Assembly: GCF_001598795.1 (NCBI RefSeq) | Contig: NZ_BCZP01000013.1 | Location: 120,001-152,000, forward strand | Source: Delftia acidovorans NBRC 14950 | GTDB lineage: Bacteria > Pseudomonadota > Gammaproteobacteria > Burkholderiales > Burkholderiaceae_C | DNA length: 32,000 nt | Direction: 5' to 3' | Shown: positions 1 through 7,282 of the stretch, in pieces | Layout of the letters: every line of letters begins with the position of its first letter | Numbering within the stretch: position 1 is the stretch's first letter | Made by a program: the position numbers and the translations under genes | The notes under the pieces: model-generated | Database searches by the model: none | Seen by the model: only the letters and a program-made list of their open reading frames with translations | What the model was told of the DNA's origin: nothing

Positions 1-3000
1 CTCGATGGCATTCCTGGCGGCCGCCCCCGACATGGCATGCGCCTTGCGCTGGCTCTTGTAGAGCATGGGGGCGACCTCGCGCACGGCCTCGCCGCCCACG
101 CCCATGGCCAGGTCGTACTCGCGCAGCGCCTGGGCCGTGTGCGAGCCAGGAATCTGGCGCACTTCCTCGGGCGTGCCCTGGGCCACGATGGCGCCGCCGC
201 CGTCGCCGCCTTCGGGGCCGAGGTCGATCAGCCAGTCACTGGCGCGGATCACGTCGAGGTTGTGCTCGATGACGATCAGCGAGTGCCCGGCCTCCAGCAG
301 CTTGCGCAGCGCGCGCATGAGCTTGGCGATGTCGTCGAAGTGCAGGCCCGTGGTGGGCTCGTCGAACAGGAACAATGTGCCCTTCTTGGCCAGTGCCTGC
401 TTCGACTTGGCCTGGGACTTGGCCGCCTCGGCCAGGAAGCCCGCGAGCTTGAGGCGCTGGGCCTCGCCGCCCGACAGCGTAGGCACGGGCTGGCCCAGCT
501 TCACGTATTCCAGGCCCACATCGACGATGGGCTGCAGGGCGCGGATGACCTCGCGGTCCTGGGCGAACAGCAGGGCCGCCTCGGCCACGGTGAGCTCCAG
601 CACATCGGCCACGTTGAGTTTGCGCGGCTGCAGCTCGCCGGCCGCGTGGCGCTCGATCGTGACTTCCAGGATCTCGGGGCGGTAGCGCGTGCCGTTGCAG
701 TCGGGGCAGCGCAGGTAGACATCGGAGAGGAACTGCATCTCCACATGCTCGAAGCCCGAGCCGCCGCAGGTGGGGCAGCGGCCGTCGCCGCTGTTGAAGC
801 TGAACTTGGCGGCCGTGTAGCCGCGCTGGCGCGACAGCGGCGCAATGGCGAACAGCTCGCGGATGGAGTCCCAGGCGCCCACGTAGCTTGCCGGGTTGGA
901 GCGCGCCGTCTTGCCGATGGGCGACTGGTCCACGAACATCACGTCGCTCAGGTGGTCGGCGCCCAGCAGGCGCTCGAAGGCGCCGGCCGCATCCGTAGGC
1001 TTGCCGAAGTGGCGCATCAGCGCAGGCACCAGCACGTCCTGGATCAGCGTGGACTTGCCCGAGCCGCTGACGCCGGTGATGGTGACCAGGCGCTGCAGCG
1101 GAAAGTCCACGTCGATGCTGCGCAGGTTGTGCTCGCGCGCGCCTTCGAGGATGAGGCGCGGCGTGGACTCGGTCACCATGCGCTTGAGGCCGAAGCCCAC
1201 CTGCTTGCGGCCGCCCAGGTAGGCGCCGGTCAGCGTGTCGGCATGTCGCAGGTCCTCGGGCGTGCCGTCGAACACGATCTGGCCGCCGCGCGCGCCGGGG
1301 CCGGGGCCCATGTCGATCATGCGGTCGGCCGCGAACATCACGGCCGGGTCGTGCTCGACCACGACCAGGGTGTTGCCCGCATCGCGCAGGCGCTGCATGG
1401 CCTCGGTGATGCGTTCCATGTCGCGCGGGTGCAGGCCGATGCTGGGCTCGTCGAGCACGAACAGGGTGTTCACCAGCGAGGTGCCAAGGGCCGTGGTCAG
1501 GTTGATGCGCTGCACCTCGCCGCCCGACAGCGTGCGGCTCTGGCGGTCCAGCGTGAGGTAGCCGATGCCCACGTCGCACAGGTACTGCACGCGCGCCATG
1601 ATTTCGGCGTGCAGCATCTTGAGCGCCTGGGCCTCGCCGTCATGCAAGGGGGCGTCGACTGCCGGCGCCAGCTGCTGAAAGAAGTCGCGCAGCCGCACCA
1701 GGGGCAGCTGCATCAGGTCGTGCAGGCAAAGGCCCGGCAGCGCGTCCAGCTGCTCACGGCTCCATGCCACGCCCTTCGGCATGAAGCGGCGGTAGCGGCC
1801 TTCGTCGCCGGGCGGCAGCACGGCATCGGCGGCCTGCTTGCCGCCCAGGCGCCACAGCAGGCTTTCGGTCTTCAGGCGCGCGCCGCCGCAGGTGGGGCAT
1901 TCGGTATAGCTGCGGTACTTGGACAGCAGCACCCGGATGTGCATCTTGTAGGCCTTGCTCTCCAGGTATTCGAAGAAGCGCTTGATGCCGTACCAGGTCT
2001 GGGTCCACTTGCCGTTCCAGTTGGGCGAGCCGTCCAGCACCCAGCTCTTTTGCGCATCGGTGAGCTTGGCCCAGGCCGTGTCGCGCGGAATGCCTTCGGC
2101 CTCGGCATGGCGCATCAGGTCGTCCTGGATCTCCTTCCAGGCCGGTGTCTGCACGGGCTTGATGGCGCCCGTGCGCAGGGTGAGCTTGTCGTTGGGGATG
2201 ACCAGTCCCCAGTCCACGCCGATCACGCGGCCAAAGCCACGGCAGGCCTCGCAGGCGCCCACGGCGGAGTTGAAGGAGAACAGCGAGGGAATCGGCTCCT
2301 GGTAGCTCAGGCCGCTTTCGGGGCAGTGCAGGCCCAGCGAGAACTTCCACAGCTGGGGCTCGGTGGGCTGGGCACCTGCGGCTTCCACGGCGGATTCAGG
2401 CAGCACATAGACCGTCATGTGGCCGCTGCCGCGCTTGAGCGCGACCTCGATGGCCTCGTAGACACGGGCCCGCTCCACATTGCCCAGGCGGAAGCGGTCG
2501 GCCACCACGTCCAGCATCTTGACCTTGAGCGGCGCCGCCGCCTTGGCCTTCTTGCCCTTGGCGTCGGCGGCAGGCTCCACGGCGCCGGCCTTCTCGGCCT
2601 CGCGTTCGGCCTGGACCTTGGTGAAGCCGCTGGCCGACAGCCATTGCTCCACCTCGGCGGCAGTGGTATTGGCGGGCAGCTCGACGGGGAAGGTGATGGC
2701 GATGCGCGGATCACCGGCCTGCCGGCAACGCTCGGCCAGTTCCTCCAGCACGCTGTCGGGCGTGTCGTGGCGCACGGGCACGGCGGTGTCGCGGTCGAAC
2801 AGCTGGGCTGCGCGCGCAAACAGCAGCTTCAGGTGGTCGTTGAGCTCGGTCATCGTGCCCACGGTGGAGCGCGAGTTGCGGACGGGATTGGTCTGGTCGA
2901 TGGCTATGGCCGGCGGCACACCTTCCACACGGTCCACGGCCGGCTTGTCCATGCGGTCCAGGAACTGGCGCGCATAGGCCGAGAAGGTCTCGACATAGCG

Positions 3001-3159
3001 GCGCTGGCCTTCGGCATACAGGGTATCGAACACCAGGCTGGACTTGCCCGAGCCGCTGGGCCCCGTGACCACGGTCAGCTCGCCGGTACGGATGTCGAGA
3101 TCCAGGTTCTGGAGATTGTGCTGGCGTGCGCCGCGAATTCGAATCAGACCGTGCGTCAT
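1..3159 (-). CDS. uvrA: UvrA-family excinuclease ABC ATPase subunit, N-terminal 1053 codons only. The ORF leaves the left edge without a stop, so this is probably a long or tandem UvrA form.
   Basis: Own translation of the minus strand from ATG 3159-3157: MTHGLIRIRGARQHNLQNLDLDIRTGELTVVTGPSGSGKSSLVFDTLYAEGQRRYVETFSAYARQFL... It has two Walker A motifs (GPSGSGKSS, GVSGSGKST), two ABC signatures (LSGGEVQRINL, LSGGEAQRLKLA) and two Walker B motifs (VLDEPSIGLH, LFDEPTTGLH). Zinc modules CEAC..CPTC and CPTCGG..CPDCNG are present. It is missing from the supplied ORF track because it is edge-truncated. The + ORF 37..3195 is its antisense shadow. Confidence 0.93.
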   Translation of the reverse strand, partial: MTHGLIRIRGARQHNLQNLDLDIRTGELTVVTGPSGSGKSSLVFDTLYAEGQRRYVETFSAYARQFLDRMDKPAVDRVEGVPPAIAIDQTNPVRNSRSTVGTMTELNDHLKLLFARAAQLFDRDTAVPVRHDTPDSVLEELAERCRQAGDPRIAITFPVELPANTTAAEVEQWLSASGFTKVQAEREAEKAGAVEPAADAKGKKAKAAAPLKVKMLDVVADRFRLGNVERARVYEAIEVALKRGSGHMTVYVLPESAVEAAGAQPTEPQLWKFSLGLHCPESGLSYQEPIPSLFSFNSAVGACEACRGFGRVIGVDWGLVIPNDKLTLRTGAIKPVQTPAWKEIQDDLMRHAEAEGIPRDTAWAKLTDAQKSWVLDGSPNWNGKWTQTWYGIKRFFEYLESKAYKMHIRVLLSKYRSYTECPTCGGARLKTESLLWRLGGKQAADAVLPPGDEGRYRRFMPKGVAWSREQLDALPGLCLHDLMQLPLVRLRDFFQQLAPAVDAPLHDGEAQALKMLHAEIMARVQYLCDVGIGYLTLDRQSRTLSGGEVQRINLTTALGTSLVNTLFVLDEPSIGLHPRDMERITEAMQRLRDAGNTLVVVEHDPAVMFAADRMIDMGPGPGARGGQIVFDGTPEDLRHADTLTGAYLGGRKQVGFGLKRMVTESTPRLILEGAREHNLRSIDVDFPLQRLVTITGVSGSGKSTLIQDVLVPALMRHFGKPTDAAGAFERLLGADHLSDVMFVDQSPIGKTARSNPASYVGAWDSIRELFAIAPLSRQRGYTAAKFSFNSGDGRCPTCGGSGFEHVEMQFLSDVYLRCPDCNGTRYRPEILEVTIERHAAGELQPRKLNVADVLELTVAEAALLFAQDREVIRALQPIVDVGLEYVKLGQPVPTLSGGEAQRLKLAGFLAEAAKSQAKSKQALAKKGTLFLFDEPTTGLHFDDIAKLMRALRKLLEAGHSLIVIEHNLDVIRASDWLIDLGPEGGDGGGAIVAQGTPEEVRQIPGSHTAQALREYDLAMGVGGEAVREVAPMLYKSQRKAHAMSGAAARNAIE

Positions 3160-3230
3160 GGGTGTTCTGTGGTCAGTGGGAGCCAAACATTCTAGGCAGT
3201 CCATGCGTCAGGCATCAGACGCTTCTCAAT

Positions 3231-3250
3231 ACCTGTATTTTTATACAGGT
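3231..3250 (-). promoter_or_regulatory. LexA (SOS) box upstream of the uvrA-like gene
   Basis: The sequence ACCTGTATTTTTATACAGGT is a perfect 8+8 palindrome. It contains CTGT-N8-ACAG, the beta/gammaproteobacterial LexA consensus, and the core CTGTAT-N4-ATACAG is exact. It lies 71 nt upstream of the ATG at 3159. A TAGAAT hexamer (minus strand, 3194..3189) lies between the box and the start codon. Confidence 0.7.
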
Positions 3251-3290
3251 TAAACAAAAAGACACCGCCTCGACGCATCCGCGCGACCAT

Positions 3291-3316
3291 AAAAAAACCC
3301 CGGAACCAGTCCGGGG
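3291..3316 (-). terminator. Rho-independent terminator following the 39-codon ORF
   Basis: The minus-strand RNA reads CCCCGG-ACUGGU-CCGGGG followed by UUUUUUU. It starts 22 nt after the stop at 3338-3340. Confidence 0.7.
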
Positions 3317-3337
3317 CTCGTGCCTCTTGCCGAGGGC

Positions 3338-3457
3338 TTACTTGGCCATCTGCACGGAGGCAGGCATGGCCTGCCCGTCCGGCACGCCCTTCACCTGGGT
3401 GATGGCCAGCAGCGACACGACAACAAAGGCCAGGCAACCGGCCGCGATGATCCTCAT
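3338..3457 (-). CDS. Small hydrophobic protein, 39 aa, single predicted TM helix, hypothetical
   Basis: Own translation: MRIIAAGCLAFVVVSLLAITQVKGVPDGQAMPASVQMAK*. AAGGAAA sits 6 nt before the ATG. About 34 of 38 codons end in G/C, matching the genome coding bias. It has a dedicated terminator downstream. It is too short to appear in the ORF track, and no clear promoter was found between it and the porin terminator. Confidence 0.4.
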   Translation of the reverse strand: MRIIAAGCLAFVVVSLLAITQVKGVPDGQAMPASVQMAK

Positions 3458-3496
3458 GGGTATTTCCTTGATCAGGCTGTGAAAAGACGAGCCCAG

Positions 3497-3529
3497 ACAA
3501 AAAGGCCCCGCACCTTTCGGTACGAGGCC
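3497..3529 (-). terminator. Rho-independent terminator of the porin gene
   Basis: The minus-strand RNA reads GGCCUCGUACC-GAAA-GGUGCGGGGCC, an 11-bp stem with two G-U pairs and a GNRA loop, followed by UUUUUGU. It lies 64 nt after the porin stop. Confidence 0.75.
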
Positions 3530-3592
3530 TGATGGCAGGCAGGTGCTGATTGGAACAGACCTGCTTTGCTCGCGGCTTACGCCGCGCGGCGA

Positions 3593-4582
3593 TCAGAATG
3601 CGTGGCGCACGCCGACGGCGAAGGACGAGAAGTCCGCGCCCTTCACGCCGGTCATGTAGTTGGCGCCGGCCTTGTTGTCCACCTTGGTGTAGTAGCCGTA
3701 GACCTTGGTGCGCTTGCTCAGGTTGTAGTTGTAGCCCAGGGTCCACTGGTTGGCGCCGGAGTCGGCAATGTTGCTCCACTTGTTGGCGTGGCCCAGGTTC
3801 ACGTGGAACTCGGAAGCGCCCAGGGTGTACATGCCCGACAGACGGAAGTTGTTGCGCGTGCCGCGGATTTCTTCGTCGTTGCGCTGGTAGTAGCCGCCCA
3901 GCACGAACTGGCCGAGAGTGTAGGCAGCGCGGAAGGCCAGCTGCTTGTCTTCGTCGAACTGGCTGTAGCCGGCGCCCAGGGCCAGGGGGCCCACGTTGTA
4001 GTTGGCGGCCAGGTCGTAGCCGTTCTTCTTCTTGGCCAGGGCGGTGGCCTTCTCGTGCATGGAGACCGAGCCTTCCACCGTCAGGCCGCCGAAGTTGGGC
4101 GTGGTGTAGGAGATCTTGTTGGCGGTGCCCAGGCCGCTGGCGAACCAGACGGGATCGAAGTACAGCGCGTCGGAGGACGAACCCGTGTCATGGTTGTGCA
4201 TGCTCACGTAGTCGGCCGTGGCGAAGTACGAGCCGGGGAAGAAGTTGCCCAGGCGCAGCATACCGAAGTTGCCCGACAGGTTCACTTCGCTCTGGCGGCC
4301 GAAGGTCAGCGCGCCGGTGGAGGAGGAACCCATGCCGGTGTCGGAAGCGAAACCGCTTTCCAGCACGAAGCCGGCCTTCAGGCCGCCGCCCAGATCTTCG
4401 ACACCGCGCATGCCCCAACGCGAGGAGTTGTTCTCCATCTTGCTGACGCTTTCGTCACCGATCTTCTGGCGCTCGATCGTGGTGTTGATACGGCCATAGA
4501 TCGTGACGCTGCTTTGCGCCATCACGGTGGTGGAACCCAGCACGGCCAGCACGGCCAGGGCAACGCGGTTCATCTTGATCAT
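3593..4582 (-). CDS. Gram-negative general porin (Omp32/OmpC-like, Porin_4 family)
   Basis: 329 aa. Signal peptide MIKMNRVALAVLAVLGSTTVMAQSS, followed by VTIYGRINT..., WGMRGVEDLGGGLKAGF, and a C-terminal ...FAVGVRHAF with terminal Phe typical of beta-barrel porins. AAGGAG lies 8 nt upstream of the ATG at 4582. Confidence 0.93.
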   Translation of the reverse strand: MIKMNRVALAVLAVLGSTTVMAQSSVTIYGRINTTIERQKIGDESVSKMENNSSRWGMRGVEDLGGGLKAGFVLESGFASDTGMGSSSTGALTFGRQSEVNLSGNFGMLRLGNFFPGSYFATADYVSMHNHDTGSSSDALYFDPVWFASGLGTANKISYTTPNFGGLTVEGSVSMHEKATALAKKKNGYDLAANYNVGPLALGAGYSQFDEDKQLAFRAAYTLGQFVLGGYYQRNDEEIRGTRNNFRLSGMYTLGASEFHVNLGHANKWSNIADSGANQWTLGYNYNLSKRTKVYGYYTKVDNKAGANYMTGVKGADFSSFAVGVRHAF

Positions 4583-4775
4583 CTCGGCATCTCCTTGGGA
4601 TTGTTGAGTGGGTATTCTTGAAATCTCAGGGCCGACTCCGGCTCTAGATCAGTGCCATTTGCGGCTGCTGCGGATTCTAGGTGCGGGCATGTCAAAAAAT
4701 GTATGCCCGCCTCTGAAAATGCGCCATCTGATGCTTTGCTGCCACAGGCATGACATGGAAAACCATTAGAAGCAC

Positions 4776-4812
4776 CCAAAGAAAAAGCCCACGGCAAACC
4801 CCCATGGGCTTT
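4776..4812 (-). terminator. Rho-independent terminator, probably the 3' end of the MFS transporter transcript
   Basis: The minus-strand RNA reads AAAGCCCAUGG-GGGUUUG-CCGUGGGCUUU, an 11-bp stem with one G-U pair, followed by UUCUUUGGG. It lies about 175 nt after the MFS stop. Confidence 0.7.
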
Positions 4813-4987
4813 CATCAATGCAGAGCAAAAAACTCCGGCCGATAACACGCACATCGCATGAACCCGGCGCGGCCCAAAGCCAGGGACACCAAGCAAGGGC
4901 CGCCCCGCCGCGAGGGTGTCGTCCCCCTCCCTTGCGAAGCAAGCAGAGAGGGGGAAGCGGCGTAAGCCGCTCAGGGGGTGCCTTCAC

Positions 4988-6670
4988 TCAATCATTCGCG
5001 TAGATATCCACATCCTTGGTCTCGCGCAGGAACAGCGTGCCGATGATGGCCGTGGCGCCTGCAATGACGATGGGATACCAGAGGCCGCTGTACATATTGC
5101 CGGTCTGGGCCACGATGGCGAAGGACATGGTGGGCAGCAGGCCGCCGAACCATCCATTGCCGATGTGATACGGCAGGCTCATCGAGGTATAGCGGATGCG
5201 CGTGGGGAACAGCTCCACCAGCATGGCGGCGATGGGCCCGTAGACCATGGTCACGAGGATGACCAGGTAGGTCAGGATGGCGACCATCATGACCTTGTTC
5301 ATCTTCGCGGGGTCGGCCTTGGTGGGATAGCCGTCCTCGGCCAGCACCTTGGCCACGGTCTTCTTGAACTCGGCGTCCTTGGCCTTGGCTTCCTCGGGGC
5401 TCAGGCCCTTGATGGAGAACGAGGGGATCTCGGTGCTGCCGATGCGGATGAAGGCCGTCTTGCCAGGCGCTGCGTCCTCGGAGTCATAGCTGACCGAGCC
5501 AGCGGCCAGCAACTGCTTGGCCACGTCGCAGGAACTGGTGAACTTGGAGGTGCCCGTGGGATTGAACTGGAACGAGCATTCCTTGGGATCGGCGACGATG
5601 ACCACCTTGCTCTTGGCCTGTGCCGCAGCCAGGTCGGGGTTGGCCGCTTCGGTCAGCGCCTTGAACACGGGGAAGTAGGTCACCACGGCCAGCACGCAGC
5701 CCAGCATGATGATGGGCTTGCGGCCTATCTTGTCGGACAGCGAGCCGAAGATCACGAAGAACGGCGTGCCGATGATCAGCGCCGCCGCGATCAGCAGATT
5801 GGCCGTCACCGCATCGACCTTGAGCTGCTGCGTCAGGAAGAACAGCGCATAGAACTGGCCCGTGTACCAGACGACAGCCTGGCCGGCGGTCAGGCCGATC
5901 AGCGCCAGGATCACGATCTTGAGGTTGCGCCATTGGCCGAAGGACTCGGTCAGCGGGGACTTGGAGACCTTGCCCTCGGCCTTCATCTTCTGGAAGGCCG
6001 GCGACTCGGACAGCGTCATGCGGATCCACACCGAGATGCCCAGCAGCACGATGGACAGCAGGAAGGGAATGCGCCAGCCCCAGTCCGCAAAGGCCTGCTC
6101 GCCGATGGAGGTGCGCACGCCCAGGATCACCAGCAGCGACAGGAACAGGCCCAGCGTTGCCGTGGTCTGGATCCATGAGGTGTAGGCGCCGCGCTTGCCG
6201 TGCGGCGCATGCTCGGCCACATAGGTGGCCGCACCGCCGTACTCGCCGCCCAGGGCCAGGCCCTGCAGCATGCGCAGGCCGATGAGGATCACCGGCGCCG
6301 CCACGCCGATGCTGGCGTAGGTGGGCAGGATGCCGACGATGAAGGTCGACAGACCCATGATCAGGATGGTCACGAGGAAGGTGTACTTGCGCCCGATCAT
6401 GTCGCCCAGCCGCCCGAACACCAGTGCGCCGAAGGGCCGCACGATGAAGCCGGCCGCGAAGGCCAGCAGCGCGAAGATGAAGGCCGATCCCGCATCGAGC
6501 CCGCTGAAGAATTGCTTGGCGATGATGGCCGCCAGCGATCCGTAGAGATAGAAGTCGTACCACTCGAAAACCGTGCCTAGCGACGAGGCAAAGATCACCT
6601 TGCGTTCTTCCGGAGTCATGGGCCGCGGGGTCGCCTTGACCCCCGCGCCTTGCGATGCGTTGATAGCCAT
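4988..6670 (-). CDS. MFS transporter, metabolite:H+ symporter (MHS) family, with a large extra loop between TM9 and TM10
   Basis: 560 aa. MHS-type N-terminus EERKVIFASSLGTVFEWYDFYLYGSLAAIIAKQFF, motif GRLGDMIGRK, and 12 hydrophobic segments. AAGGAGA lies upstream of the ATG at 6670. Confidence 0.9.
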   Translation of the reverse strand: MAINASQGAGVKATPRPMTPEERKVIFASSLGTVFEWYDFYLYGSLAAIIAKQFFSGLDAGSAFIFALLAFAAGFIVRPFGALVFGRLGDMIGRKYTFLVTILIMGLSTFIVGILPTYASIGVAAPVILIGLRMLQGLALGGEYGGAATYVAEHAPHGKRGAYTSWIQTTATLGLFLSLLVILGVRTSIGEQAFADWGWRIPFLLSIVLLGISVWIRMTLSESPAFQKMKAEGKVSKSPLTESFGQWRNLKIVILALIGLTAGQAVVWYTGQFYALFFLTQQLKVDAVTANLLIAAALIIGTPFFVIFGSLSDKIGRKPIIMLGCVLAVVTYFPVFKALTEAANPDLAAAQAKSKVVIVADPKECSFQFNPTGTSKFTSSCDVAKQLLAAGSVSYDSEDAAPGKTAFIRIGSTEIPSFSIKGLSPEEAKAKDAEFKKTVAKVLAEDGYPTKADPAKMNKVMMVAILTYLVILVTMVYGPIAAMLVELFPTRIRYTSMSLPYHIGNGWFGGLLPTMSFAIVAQTGNMYSGLWYPIVIAGATAIIGTLFLRETKDVDIYAND

Positions 6671-6973
6671 GTCTGTCTCCTTGATTTATTGAATTTGCAG
6701 CGGGTTTGACATTGGCCCGCCAATTCACTATCCGCCTGCCTGCTGACGCGAATCTGACTCACCTCTTACAGAAATTGACGGCGAACTGAACGATTTCTTA
6801 CTAACTCAGCAGCAACCCTGATGCCGTCTTTTTCCATGTGAAAAGCACCGTAAAAACCCTGCCAAACCATGCTGCACTGCGTAAGCACTCGGTCAGAAGC
6901 GCTTTCCAGAATGCGCCGCAAGGCTGCAGATCCATGGGGCTGCCGCCGCGATTCCAACTTCAGGAGACAAACC

Positions 6974-7282
6974 ATGACCGATCCGGTGGTAGACAAAATA
7001 CAGCGCCATCCCAAATACCAGGAGTTGCGATCCAGACGCAATCGCCTGGGCCTTTTTCTGACGCTGCTGATGCTGGTCGTTTATTACGGCTATATCGCGC
7101 TGATTGCCTTCGACAAATCATTTCTGGCCCAGCCCATTGGCGCGGGCGTGACCTCGCTGGGCATCCCGATCGCCATGGGCGTGATCGTCTTCTCGGTGAT
7201 CATCACCGGCCTCTACGTGCGCCGCGCCAATGGCGAGTACGACAAGCTCACCCAGGACATCCTGAAGGACGCCACGAAATGA
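6974..7282 (+). CDS. yjcH: DUF485 inner-membrane protein (YjcH family), partner of the acetate permease
   Basis: 102 aa: [46 protein letters not shown]..., with two TM segments. CAGGAGA lies 7 nt before the ATG at 6974. Its stop overlaps the actP start as ATGA. The ORF-track start at 6869 is an upstream extension. Confidence 0.88.
   Translation: MTDPVVDKIQRHPKYQELRSRRNRLGLFLTLLMLVVYYGYIALIAFDKSFLAQPIGAGVTSLGIPIAMGVIVFSVIITGLYVRRANGEYDKLTQDILKDATK

Noticed and set aside
37-3195. 1052-aa + strand ORF, the longest in the supplied track
   Set aside because: Its Ala/Arg/Gly/Leu/His/Gln-rich sequence has no recognisable motifs. The opposite strand in the same interval encodes a motif-perfect UvrA-family protein. 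It is a classic antisense shadow ORF of a high-GC gene.
3338-3457. Small ORF considered as a lipoprotein (AAGC resembles a lipobox)
   Set aside because: The Cys is residue 8, which leaves too short a signal peptide. The hydrophobic stretch continues after the Cys, which fits a single TM helix better than a cleaved lipoprotein signal.
4674-4695. TTGACA and TAGAAT hexamers on the porin strand that look like a consensus sigma-70 promoter
   Set aside because: The spacer between them is only 10 nt (positions 4680-4689), far from the required 17 +/- 1. No good partner hexamer lies at the proper distance from either one, so I do not call a promoter.
4579-4987. Track ORFs 4579..4896 (-), 4766..4987 (-) and 4818..5003 (+) in the porin-MFS spacer
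   Set aside because: They have no SD, their composition is odd (Pro/Gly/Arg/Cys-rich), and they overlap hairpins and a terminator. The region is better explained as UTR and regulatory RNA/DNA.
6706-6734. TTGACA-N17-TATCCG as a promoter for yjcH-actP, and a sigma-54-like TGGCCC-N5-TTCAC
   Set aside because: The -10 hexamer is poor (3 of 6, lacking the invariant final T). The sigma-54 match lacks the GC of the -12 element. The support is not enough to report it as a feature.
6838-7278. N-terminal extensions of track ORFs, for example actP from 6838. Others: yjcH from 6869, ybhB from 8984, exonuclease from 10924, HCCA-isomerase from 13377, BKACE from 16337, liuB from 25268, synthetase from 28956, AraC from 28622.
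   Set aside because: The extensions are Arg/Pro/Gly-rich, overlap neighbouring genes or promoters, and lack an SD. An internal ATG with an SD, or ATGA coupling, coincides with the conserved N-terminus of each family.
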